From positions 6,555-70,554 of the forward strand of contig JBBQEI010000013.1 of NCBI GenBank assembly GCA_038320545.1: a DNA stretch of 64,000 bases, written 5' to 3'. The position numbers and the translations under genes were made by a program. Shown here piece by piece: positions 47,001 through 55,781 of this stretch; position 1 is the stretch's first letter, and every line of letters starts with the position of its first letter. The notes beneath the pieces were generated by a model. It searched no databases. It saw nothing but the letters and a program-made list of their open reading frames with translations, and was not told the origin of the DNA. The stretch comes from Bacteroidales bacterium. Lineage in GTDB: Bacteria; Bacteroidota; Bacteroidia; Bacteroidales; JAAUTT01.

Positions 47001-47402
47001 CAGCCACACGAAGATGATGAACTTGCCTTAAGTTATTATAATACTCTTACAACATGGATTTGTATTGATAAATTATTGCATCTGTTTGGACTATCCAGGA
47101 AAGATTTGCTGAGAAAAAGTGAGGAAGAAATATCAGAAGCAGTAAGGAAAATTGCAAAACGAATACCATCGTATGTGACGATAAAGGATGTTAAATACCG
47201 CTGGGGTCATGGGCAGGAAAATATTTACCCGGTAGCCCAGATAGAAAAATTATGGGGAGACATGAGTTCACTGCCTGATTTAAAATGTGGCTATGTAGTA
47301 GTTCCGCGGAAAAGGGGCCAACAATTAAAAGACCCCGCCCAACTCGATGCCTGGGTAATTGACGGAAGCAAGCAATATATTGATTCAATCTGCAGCTTTT
47401 AA
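44070..47402 (+). CDS. Fusion protein: N-terminal fucokinase-like GHMP domain with a degenerate ATP loop, and a C-terminal UDPGP-family (eukaryote-type UDP-sugar pyrophosphorylase-like) domain
   Basis: GHMP-like blocks are TPVRMDLTHSGWSDIFF..GARVINVSI, IPKGSRLAVSTNLLAS (in place of P.GSGLGSSA), GGSGGGWQDSGG and LGGMSGGGMGMF. UDPGP-like blocks are VAVMCLAAGVGSRW, TPLGHW, LLHNVDTLGA and RRIDDHGGGLAR. Confidence 0.65.
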   Translation: MNPFIQTITSSDVSIRNRSFSSICKVYPAVQLLELFGELDNFRKQTRNLYERVRACIFLYSGYRFFLIESKDFPATGTISPEGFENLLKRNFEKSITIFLSEISKKGPNASLFSCLAESYHHLSFQILADQVRKSVRSSKGNQWMFRVGRYDEHPLKIHPRMLEHRDETMLFPILREVTPVRMDLTHSGWSDIFFLGMDYPEGARVINVSIDLGVYGRDKEIKPPLETYIRVLNEPIIRLTALDLKDSKDVSQLQDLFNFGNDYLSLLKAAIIASGIIPPSFEGTNQTIAEILGNLISPGMGLELVTKVNDIPKGSRLAVSTNLLASMISVLMRATSQTQQLEGNLTEQERRLIASRAILGEWLGGSGGGWQDSGGIWTGVKAIEGTLAEEGDPEFNISRGCLLPKHQVLSEKDLHPEFEKKLASSLVLIHGGMASNVGPILEMVTEKYLLRQNEEWLGRQKANSIYEQILEVLKTGDIQQLASLTSQNFDGPIKTIIPWVTTHFTETIIKKAKEAFGPKYWGFLMLGGMSGGGMGMFVDPSIYETAKECILNILKETKENMSSALPFAMEPVVYDFQINKNGSVSALLKGNEALMPAAYYSFHIPKIVRENLKDFPEIRKFEIDRITAQSSSNDEAFSMLRSIVTNLFKFSSEVESKERTRQNEETERIKKENGFDYIQHEQIRQDLFKGRIGLSRNKLPAETIIEDVNDSEIVFLEKLTDQKLIGEKLLGEGKVAVMCLAAGVGSRWTKGAGVIKAINPFVMMKNKHRSFLEIHLAKNKKTAEIHHTSIPFIISTSYLTHNYIQKLLAENANYGYSGKVYLSPGKSIGQRIIPMERDLRFLWEEMPQEQLDENKQKVREAVRSSMIGWAKLKGESNDYVDNLAEQRLTPLGHWFEVPNMLRNGMLVKLLNENPKIEHILLHNVDTLGADIDVDALGYHVQSGNALTFEVIARRIDDHGGGLARINGKVRLLEGLAQPHEDDELALSYYNTLTTWICIDKLLHLFGLSRKDLLRKSEEEISEAVRKIAKRIPSYVTIKDVKYRWGHGQENIYPVAQIEKLWGDMSSLPDLKCGYVVVPRKRGQQLKDPAQLDAWVIDGSKQYIDSICSF

Positions 47403-47549
47403 GGTATTAAAACTAAAGCAGGAATAAGATTGTAACTCCGAGGTTGATTTATCGAATAAATGGAAGCGGAATTGCAAATTCCGCCCAGCCCATCTATTGT
47501 ATTTTTAAACCATTTAACCCCCATTTATTAAATACTAAAAATCGACTTT

Positions 47550-49520
47550 TTATATTTTCTCGAATACCAAAGTAAGTTTATTGAAATCGGCTGCGGCATT
47601 TACTACTTTGCGGTACTTTTCAAAATTTGCCAGCGAACAGGTAATTTCCTTATAAACTTCGTCGATATGAATAACCAATAAATTATCTTTTACGGTATAG
47701 GAAGAAATAAATTTATAAACGGGCTCACCTTCTTTTTCAAAGGAATGATTCAGGTTGATATCATTCAGATTTTTAATGGCATATCCTTCAGGGATTTTAA
47801 TATTGATATTCCTGATGAACTCGCGGTTATATTCATCTTCAACTTCCATCACCCTTTTGTTTTCCTGATACATTTCAACTTGCCGGCCAATTACTTCACC
47901 TACTTTCAGAAGTACTTTATTCCCTGCTTTTTCGATAAGAGCCGAGCCTTCCACTTCTGCTATCACTTTGAAAGGATTTTCGATCAGATCAAGGTTTGGT
48001 TCAGTATTTTCGGCTGTAAGTTTAATATATTTTGTATCCTTGGTCATATCTTTCACAAGGTCTTCAAGCATTTTTTGCCTGTTGTCCTCTGCTAACTGTG
48101 AATAATAAGGTTGGGTAAACACGGCAAAGTATCCTTTAAAACTGCATGTTAAGTTAAGATGGATTTCTTCCATGTCTTTTACAAATTCGATATTGGCATC
48201 AATGTTATGGCTGGATGAATGGGCATCAATGGCAGGGATGAATTTAACCGATGGGATATACGATTCATAACCGCCAATACTTACAGGTTTCAAAAATAAT
48301 CCTTCCGTATAAGTGAGACTATAGGGAATTAAAGGGTATCGATATAATTGTTCTTCAGGGCTTAAATATTTCTCGGTTGCTGGAAAGTAGAAAAGGTAAT
48401 TATTTAAAAGCCGCCACGACTCAAAATTCCCGTCAAAAGGTATTTTATCCCTTTCGGATGTTATAACCAGTTGGTTTTCTATTCCTGCTTGTTTGAAAAG
48501 AGCTATATATAATTTGGTAATGCTTTTATCGTTTCCAAATTTGTTGGAAATAACCCTGTCGAGCGAACTGTCGTCATTTTTATAAATGTCCTGGATAAGG
48601 ATATTCGATTTGATATAATTTTCAATAGTTTTTATTTTCGATTCTGAGGTTGCCCCTGAGCTTATTTTTAGTTCTTTAAATAATTTCTCAACCGATTTAG
48701 TTTCCTTGCTGGAAAGTGCGAATAAATATTCGTGCTGGTTTTGGGCTAAATCGTTCCAAGTATAAAGTTCTTTGTTGCTTTTGGCTGTGTTTACGGCCAT
48801 TTTATATTCCATCCTCATCTGATTTTTGATGTAGTTCGATGAACCCTCATTTTTTAATTCTGGAATATTTTTTACTTGAAAAGTATAAAATCGTTTTTCG
48901 TTAATAACAGTATCTGTTTTAATTGGGTAACCATTATAACCTTTAAATTTAAAAAGAAGATGAGATGGTGTAATTAATTGAAAATATGCTTCTTTAACCG
49001 GTGAAGAATATTGAAATATATCGTAACCATATTGTTTAGGATAAGTTTTCTTTACATAGAAATATTCTATTTCACTTCCAATCTCAACGCCTTCGATGGC
49101 AAATATTTTGGATGCACTATTTTCTTCATCTTCTTTTATTTCTTTTATATTGTTTTTATCCAGATTTATTTTAGTTCCGTTTTTCGATATTGAGCGGGCT
49201 TTTATATTTACCACTTCAATGGTATTAAGCATCGATATATTGATCTTGTTAGAACTTTCAATTGCATCGGCACTATTTACCCTAAGTATAAAATGATCGA
49301 CAGTATATTGAACAAATGCTTCATTTTCAAAAATATATTCAGTAATAGTTTTGCTTAACAGAACCACTGAATGAGATTCTTCCTCAGCTTTCGTAAGTTG
49401 ATACCGGCTCCGGTTCTCATCCCAATTATAGTTAACTAAATCCGACGTTGAGGTTTGCCCGGTTGCAAACTGAGTTATAAATTGAAAAGCAAATACTAAA
49501 CTTACTAAGATGTATTTCAT
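47550..49520 (-). CDS. DUF3857/DUF3858-type exported protein, a transglutaminase-like pseudoenzyme paralog
   Basis: It has a signal peptide and aligns with the upstream paralog across the core, but reads FGNDKSITKLYIALFKQAGI where the paralog has YGDCKGMSSLLSYMLKLAGI. Confidence 0.65.
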   Translation of the reverse strand: MKYILVSLVFAFQFITQFATGQTSTSDLVNYNWDENRSRYQLTKAEEESHSVVLLSKTITEYIFENEAFVQYTVDHFILRVNSADAIESSNKINISMLNTIEVVNIKARSISKNGTKINLDKNNIKEIKEDEENSASKIFAIEGVEIGSEIEYFYVKKTYPKQYGYDIFQYSSPVKEAYFQLITPSHLLFKFKGYNGYPIKTDTVINEKRFYTFQVKNIPELKNEGSSNYIKNQMRMEYKMAVNTAKSNKELYTWNDLAQNQHEYLFALSSKETKSVEKLFKELKISSGATSESKIKTIENYIKSNILIQDIYKNDDSSLDRVISNKFGNDKSITKLYIALFKQAGIENQLVITSERDKIPFDGNFESWRLLNNYLFYFPATEKYLSPEEQLYRYPLIPYSLTYTEGLFLKPVSIGGYESYIPSVKFIPAIDAHSSSHNIDANIEFVKDMEEIHLNLTCSFKGYFAVFTQPYYSQLAEDNRQKMLEDLVKDMTKDTKYIKLTAENTEPNLDLIENPFKVIAEVEGSALIEKAGNKVLLKVGEVIGRQVEMYQENKRVMEVEDEYNREFIRNINIKIPEGYAIKNLNDINLNHSFEKEGEPVYKFISSYTVKDNLLVIHIDEVYKEITCSLANFEKYRKVVNAAADFNKLTLVFEKI

Positions 49521-49566
49521 AGTTGGTTGTTTTAATGTCAGTTAGTGGAATTTATATTGCTGTTTA

Positions 49567-51495
49567 TTATATCTTTTTAAGTATTAACACGTCGCGGTAA
49601 GCTTTAGCCAATGATTCAGAAACCTGGTTCCATTTGGAAAACTCTGAAGTTTCCAGCACCAGAAAATCTTTAACTATTTCTTTTGTTTGGATAACATTTA
49701 ATCCTTCAATACGATACGATATGTTAAAAGAAAACTTATCGAATGAAGCTGAAGTATTTTTTGGAAGATATGAAATTTTGTATCCTTTGGGTATACTGAA
49801 TATTGATATAGTTTTGTATATATGTGAGTTATTCCCTTCCACAGGAACTTTACGTTTAACAACATCGTATTCAAGATTATTATAGGCTTTGTTGAGATTT
49901 AAGTTTATATATATCTCGTTATCAATTTCTTTGAAGTAATCACTTAATCTGAATTTATAGCTAATGTCCAATGGTTTTTCCCTGTCGTATAAATTTTCGA
50001 TATGAAAGGTATCCAGGAAAAATTTGTTGTTTCCTTTTAAAAGAATGCCCAACAGATGCTCTTTTGTTTGTTTATTATCTTTTCCATCGAGATAATAGGT
50101 TTGATGATTTTTTTCATACCCGGTAAAAATCATTGATCCCGTACCTTCCAAATTTTGATTAGAAATATAGAAGTATGTAGAATCGCTGATTAGATTCATA
50201 TTTTTTCCAATCACGGGTACTTCTTCAATTTTGTATTCTTTTTCGCCAATTGAAACAAGTGCCTGTTTGCCTTGGATCATCGATGAAGGTAATCCATAAA
50301 TCAAGTGGTTATTAGTGGCATCTAAAAAAATTGGTTTTTGATTGTTATAATAGGTAACAATCATATGATTATCAGTAACTTTAGAAGGGATTTCGGTATA
50401 TTTATAAGGAATGTCACGGGTTCCGATCCAGGTTAAATAGGAGTTTATTCCGGCTAATTTCAACATGTACGATAATAAACTCGACATGCCTTTACAATCA
50501 CCATAACGTTTTACAAATACCTGCGATGCCTGATCGGGGATATATCCCTGCATTCCATCTTCGAATGCAACATAGGTAATGTTATCCTGAACCCAATAAT
50601 ATAGCTTTTTTACTTTTTCTTCCTCCGAAGTAGCCCCGGCAATTAGCTTATCCACTTCCTGCTGTATGTTTTTATCGTCAGTGGTATTTATTGTTTTAAT
50701 TAAATTGTAGTAATAATTGTAAAGGCTGTTTAATCCCGAACTTTCATTTGAGACATCATTCGGAATTGTATTTTCAATATAAAAGGCAATGTGTGGATAA
50801 TAGAATTTAATATTTGGTGCATCTGATTCAAAATCAGCGGCATTTATGTTTTTAGCTGTCCAGGTGTAAATATTGTATTTTCCTTTTTCCTCCTGTTTAA
50901 ATTCAATATTTGCCGATTCCGTATTGAATAGCTTGTATTTTAACCGGGCTTTTTTATCTGCTTTAATAGATAATTGTGAAAACTCGCAGGGAACATGCCA
51001 CTTAAAGAAAAATGAACCCAGCATATGCGGATCAATTAACTCCTGTACATACCTTACCGAAGTAATAGCTCCTGGCTGAACCGAAGGGAAAATAAAGCTT
51101 TTTGCAACAACTTCATCGTAAAACACATAATCAGAACTGTTTTTCTGATCGGTAAATTTTTCAACTTTTTCAACTTTATACTTATTTCCATTAGGAAGAA
51201 GGGTTTTAGCATCGACTTCCAATAACTTTATAAAATGCGAACTGAAGACTTTATCCGTTACCAGATAATTAGTCGGATTTTTTAAGATCATCGTTTGTTT
51301 GGTAACTTCCTGAGTGATCTTGTAACTATTTGCATCCACATCAATTAAAATGTTCTCAACATCGTTAGTAATAACCGACGATTGTCCGGGATATTTCTTT
51401 TTCAGGATTTCGAATTGAGATACCGATTGAGAAAAGCATACCGAAGAGAAAATGAAAAGGGATGAGATTATAAACAGGTTTTTAAAATTCTTCAT
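49567..51495 (-). CDS. DUF3857 / transglutaminase-like cysteine-protease-fold / DUF3858 exported protein
   Basis: Start at MKNFKNLFIISSLFIFSSVCFSQ, 2 nt after the upstream stop. Core residues YGDCKGM (Cys codon at 50494-50496), DNHMIV and FLDAT give a Cys-His-Asp set. Confidence 0.75.
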   Translation of the reverse strand: MKNFKNLFIISSLFIFSSVCFSQSVSQFEILKKKYPGQSSVITNDVENILIDVDANSYKITQEVTKQTMILKNPTNYLVTDKVFSSHFIKLLEVDAKTLLPNGNKYKVEKVEKFTDQKNSSDYVFYDEVVAKSFIFPSVQPGAITSVRYVQELIDPHMLGSFFFKWHVPCEFSQLSIKADKKARLKYKLFNTESANIEFKQEEKGKYNIYTWTAKNINAADFESDAPNIKFYYPHIAFYIENTIPNDVSNESSGLNSLYNYYYNLIKTINTTDDKNIQQEVDKLIAGATSEEEKVKKLYYWVQDNITYVAFEDGMQGYIPDQASQVFVKRYGDCKGMSSLLSYMLKLAGINSYLTWIGTRDIPYKYTEIPSKVTDNHMIVTYYNNQKPIFLDATNNHLIYGLPSSMIQGKQALVSIGEKEYKIEEVPVIGKNMNLISDSTYFYISNQNLEGTGSMIFTGYEKNHQTYYLDGKDNKQTKEHLLGILLKGNNKFFLDTFHIENLYDREKPLDISYKFRLSDYFKEIDNEIYINLNLNKAYNNLEYDVVKRKVPVEGNNSHIYKTISIFSIPKGYKISYLPKNTSASFDKFSFNISYRIEGLNVIQTKEIVKDFLVLETSEFSKWNQVSESLAKAYRDVLILKKI

Positions 51496-51497
51496 GG

Positions 51498-54400
51498 TTA
51501 CAATTGTATGTCTCCCCAATACGTTTCGGTTTTTTCTTTGTTGCCTTTGTTATCGTAATAAATAAAAGTACCGTGGTTATCATCATATTTATATTCCCTT
51601 GAACTTTCTATAGTTCCATCTTCCCTGTAATTCTGAAAAGTGCCATGGTAATCGTCTTTTAAATAATTTTCGACCTTTTTTATTTTGCCATTGGCATAAT
51701 ATTCAACCAGTTTGCCATTATTTATATCATCCTGCACCAATTCTTCCAGATATTTTCTTCCATTACTGAAATAAAAAGTTCTTGCTCCCTGAAAACTGCC
51801 ATATTTATAAGACTGCTTCGACGAAATCTGGCCATTTTTATAATAAGTTACAAAGCTTCCGGTATCCTTTATGCTGATTATTTCGTTTTTCATTCCTGTT
51901 GAACTTTCGTATTGGTAACCAGTAATTCCGTATGGATCATATATTATTGCAAACATAAATTCTCCAAGAGGATTGTAGTATCTGGCAGTATCTGTTATCA
52001 ATCCGTCTTCATATTTTACAATTGTTTTAAGCTTTCCATTATCGTGATAAGTTGTAAGGGTGCTATCAGGCTCATCGTTTTTATAACAGGCAATTTTAGT
52101 AATCATTCCTATTTCATTATAGTATTTCCATATCCCCTCACGGTTATTGTTTATGTAATTACCTTCTCTTTTGAGTTTTCCTGATGGATAAAAAGCTTTT
52201 TGGGCGCCATCCTTCAATCCATCAAGGTAATCGGTTTCTACTTCCGTTTTACCGTTTTTATAAACGAATTTATATTTCGAATTTAACTCATTGCATTTGT
52301 AATTGCCACTTGACATGATTGTACCATCTAAATTAGGCAGTACATAATCTGTTTTGCCGTCAAAAACAACTTTGGATACAGTTTTACCCGAAGGATCAAA
52401 ACATTCCATGGTTGCAATTTCTCCTGAAATAAAACTGCGTCTTATTTTTAACTTTTGGTCGGGCGCATAATTGTCATAATCGCCATTAAGTTTGCCGGAA
52501 ATAAAGTAACAGGTGGATTCAATTGTTCCATCCTGGTTACGGTATACCCATTTTCCTTCCTGTTCACCGGCTCTGTACCATCCTTCGGTTAATACAAAAG
52601 CATCAGTATTTAATTTCCGGTAATAACCATCTAATTCGCCATCTTTATAATTGCTTTCTTCACTAATTTCGCCGGTTTTATAAAAATTTGTCATTGGCCC
52701 GTTTAAGATTGCATCTTTATAAATTTTGACACTTTTTTTAATTCCACTTTTGTAGTAATAAGTCCAATTTCCATCCATAATACCGTTCTTATAATTACCA
52801 TCGCAAAGCTGGTTACCATCGGCATAATATCCTTTCATTTTTGTCTCACCACTTCCAGGCTTTCCCGAAGCTATCGTTGCTCCTGAAGAATTGAAATATG
52901 AATATTGTTTAACTTTCCCTTTATCATACAAATACACATAATAAGGTTTCCCGTTATCGTCAAAACCTTTCATTTCTCCATCAAGCTTGCCTTTTTCATC
53001 AAAGTTGGTAATCTCGGTTACAATACCTTTGGAGTTGGATTCTTTCCATTCACCAAATAGGTTTCCCTTTTCATAACTACCAGTATTACTTAATGTACCA
53101 TTGGAATAATATTCCTTATAAGGCCCGTTAAGTTTATTGTTAACATATTCATATTCTTTTTCAATTTTTCCATTTCGATAATAGTAAATAGCCTTTCCTG
53201 TTAGTTTATTTGAAGAATAATTATAAACCCATTTTATTGAACCTGAGGGATAAAAGTTCTTGTCTTCACTTTCCAGACTATCGTTTTTATAGAAAAAATC
53301 TTCTTTTACAACACCATTTTTGTAATAATTCATCCCTTTACCATTGCGGCTTCCGTTTTTAAAAGTGACAAATGATGAGACAGCATCACAATCAAAAAAA
53401 TATCGAACAATTCCTTCAGGCACATTATTGACATAATTAGATTCAAACCTTTTGTTTCCACTTGGGTAATATCCGATATAATCTCCTTCTAATTGCCCAT
53501 TCTTATAATTTTCAATATATAGTAATGTCCCTTCGTTGTTGTAGGTGAGCCATTTGCCTTCAAGCTTGCCATCGTCATTGTAATTACCATCTTCTTTAAG
53601 TTCTGCGTTAGTAAAATAATATGACCAATGCCCGTAATGCGTTTCGCCATCATCTTTATATTTTCCGATGGATATAAGATAATCGTCATCGTTCAGAAAA
53701 ATGTCTACTGATCTTTCTTTTCCATTTTCATTTATTACATAGTTGGTGTGTATTTTGGAAATTAAACTGCCTAAAAGCTTGTTCATTTCCTTAATTTTTT
53801 TATCCTGCTTTTTCAATTGGCTTGCAATTGTTTTATCGGGCGATGATGTTAAAATGCGATACATAAATGGTTGAAAAAATTCATTTTGTTTCACAGCTTT
53901 AAAAATAGGAACATAAGTATCCATCCAATAATCACCGGTCTTTTCTTTATATTCCAACGATTCGAAAAACAATTGGCTTTGTCTTGTAACAGGAGCATTA
54001 AAATCAATCTTAAGCTTATAGCCGCTATTATTTGCAATACCTGATTTTAGAATTTCATCGAGATCTTCAAAGGCATTTTTTCCAATGGGAGCTATTTTTT
54101 CGTTAGATGGATCCAAGGCATTATTTAAAAAATTATTGAGAAACACCAGGTTTGGATTTGACCTGCCAGTATTTGGTTCAATAATTAAAAATGTTTCCAG
54201 GCTTAAAATTGCATGTGTATAATGTCCCATTAATGCGCTTATTTTACCTATTGCCAAATGGCTTGAAGCGTTGAATGGATTTAATTTTAAAGCTTGTTGA
54301 AATGATTTTAACGACTGTTCGTATTTTTTTTGTCCCGAATAGGTAACACCTAAATTATAATAAACCAAATAACTGTAAGGAAATTTTTTAAGTGCAGTTT

Positions 54401-54767
54401 TGTAAACTTCTACTGCACTATCAGGTGATCCAGATTGATCAAGCGCATTGCCCTTTATCAGGTTTAACCGCAAACGGAATTTTGATTTTGACTTTAATGC
54501 CTCGTTGGCTGTTTGAATTGCTTCTTTATATTTATCGGCAACCAGATAGGTGGAAGCCAGTTCTGTTAACATATAAATATAGCTGGTATCGCTTTTTTCA
54601 ATGGTTAACAAAGTTTTTATCGCTTCATCGAATTTGCCGCTATCCGAAAGTATGGAAGCTTCTTCAATAATTTTTGCGGGATTTATTAAAGGAAGTTTTT
54701 CCTGTGCAAAAATGAAATTAAAAGTGACGGCAAAAGTAAGAACGGTTATTAATAAGACTTTTTTCAT
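51498..54767 (-). CDS. Exported TPR plus MORN-variant (YwqK-like) repeat protein
   Basis: 1089 aa with a signal peptide and N-terminal TPR-like helices. These are followed by more than 20 repeats of the Y..NG....E..Y.NG...G type. Confidence 0.7.
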   Translation of the reverse strand: MKKVLLITVLTFAVTFNFIFAQEKLPLINPAKIIEEASILSDSGKFDEAIKTLLTIEKSDTSYIYMLTELASTYLVADKYKEAIQTANEALKSKSKFRLRLNLIKGNALDQSGSPDSAVEVYKTALKKFPYSYLVYYNLGVTYSGQKKYEQSLKSFQQALKLNPFNASSHLAIGKISALMGHYTHAILSLETFLIIEPNTGRSNPNLVFLNNFLNNALDPSNEKIAPIGKNAFEDLDEILKSGIANNSGYKLKIDFNAPVTRQSQLFFESLEYKEKTGDYWMDTYVPIFKAVKQNEFFQPFMYRILTSSPDKTIASQLKKQDKKIKEMNKLLGSLISKIHTNYVINENGKERSVDIFLNDDDYLISIGKYKDDGETHYGHWSYYFTNAELKEDGNYNDDGKLEGKWLTYNNEGTLLYIENYKNGQLEGDYIGYYPSGNKRFESNYVNNVPEGIVRYFFDCDAVSSFVTFKNGSRNGKGMNYYKNGVVKEDFFYKNDSLESEDKNFYPSGSIKWVYNYSSNKLTGKAIYYYRNGKIEKEYEYVNNKLNGPYKEYYSNGTLSNTGSYEKGNLFGEWKESNSKGIVTEITNFDEKGKLDGEMKGFDDNGKPYYVYLYDKGKVKQYSYFNSSGATIASGKPGSGETKMKGYYADGNQLCDGNYKNGIMDGNWTYYYKSGIKKSVKIYKDAILNGPMTNFYKTGEISEESNYKDGELDGYYRKLNTDAFVLTEGWYRAGEQEGKWVYRNQDGTIESTCYFISGKLNGDYDNYAPDQKLKIRRSFISGEIATMECFDPSGKTVSKVVFDGKTDYVLPNLDGTIMSSGNYKCNELNSKYKFVYKNGKTEVETDYLDGLKDGAQKAFYPSGKLKREGNYINNNREGIWKYYNEIGMITKIACYKNDEPDSTLTTYHDNGKLKTIVKYEDGLITDTARYYNPLGEFMFAIIYDPYGITGYQYESSTGMKNEIISIKDTGSFVTYYKNGQISSKQSYKYGSFQGARTFYFSNGRKYLEELVQDDINNGKLVEYYANGKIKKVENYLKDDYHGTFQNYREDGTIESSREYKYDDNHGTFIYYDNKGNKEKTETYWGDIQL

Positions 54768-54961
54768 GGTTAGTATATAATAAAGTTTACAAAGTAGTAA
54801 TAAATTGTTTTTGTTGTTAGCTGAATTCGGTTTTTTACGATGAAATGAATTAAAAAACTATTTTTGATATTGAAATCTAACATTTTTAAATGAATTGGAG
54901 AGGTTGTTTTTAAACAATGTTGTCTGTTTTTTAAATGTTTTTTCCAACTTATATGATCTAT

Positions 54962-55573
54962 ATGAATAATTCATGGCTTGAATTTGCCAAAAAAGTACAT
55001 GCTATTGCTGAAACGGGGCTTACTTATAAAAATGATGTGTACGATACAGAACGGTATGAAGAGTTAAAAGAACTTAGTTTTGAAATGCTTAGCCAAATAG
55101 GTGAAACTTCACCTGAAATAGTAGGTAAACTTTTTGAAAATCTGAAGGGATATCAAACACCAAAAGTGGATGTACGTGCAGTTATCATTGAGGATAATAA
55201 AATATTGATGGTTAGGGAAAAAGTAGATGGTTTGTGGACTTTACCGGGAGGGTGGGCCGATGTTGGACTTACTCCATACGAAAATACAATTAAAGAGGTG
55301 TGGGAAGAATCGGGATTGAAAGTAGAAGCCATAAGATTATTATCAGTGATGGATAAAAAATGTTATTCACACCCACCTACTCCATGGTACTGCTATAAAA
55401 TATTTGTATTGTGCAAACGTGTAGGTGGTGAATTAATGGCTGGAATGGAAATTATGGAAACTGCTTTTTTCGAATGTGAAAACCTTCCTCCACTATCTTT
55501 TGAGAGAATTACCATGGAACAGATTCAGATTATTTATAAGCTTTTGGAAGAAGGAACAGTTTGGTGTGACTAA
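54962..55573 (+). CDS. NUDIX hydrolase with an N-terminal helical domain
   Basis: Nudix box GGWADVGLTPYENTIKEVWEESGL with the EVWEESG catalytic helix intact. The start is chosen at MNNSW; the ORF extends to 54935. Confidence 0.75.
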   Translation: MNNSWLEFAKKVHAIAETGLTYKNDVYDTERYEELKELSFEMLSQIGETSPEIVGKLFENLKGYQTPKVDVRAVIIEDNKILMVREKVDGLWTLPGGWADVGLTPYENTIKEVWEESGLKVEAIRLLSVMDKKCYSHPPTPWYCYKIFVLCKRVGGELMAGMEIMETAFFECENLPPLSFERITMEQIQIIYKLLEEGTVWCD

Positions 55574-55710
55574 GTTAATATTTATAGAGCAAAAAATTCA
55601 GCTTTCCCAGTTAGAATAATTATAAACCGAAAAATGACGTGGGGCATTGCGGTATGTTTCGATTTCGATCAGAATCGGGTTTTTTATAAACCGAAAAAAC
55701 CAGTCACCCA

Positions 55711-55781
55711 GAGCGGAGTCGAAGGGCGACCCGAAGAGCCTATTTTCAAAATAAGCCTTTCGGTCATACTTCGACTCCGCT
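55711..55781. repeat. Long hairpin copy of the dispersed repeat family
   Basis: GAGCGGAGTCGAAG...GACCCGAAGAGCCTATTTT / AAAATAAGCCTTTCGGTC...CTTCGACTCCGCT forms a near-perfect ~70-nt palindrome. TATAAACCGAAAAA occurs twice just upstream. Confidence 0.75.

Noticed and set aside
51496-51519. Apparent 22-nt overlap between the TPR/MORN gene and the next gene
   Set aside because: Using the internal ATG at 51495, which starts the signal peptide MKNFKNLF, removes the overlap and leaves a 2-nt gap.
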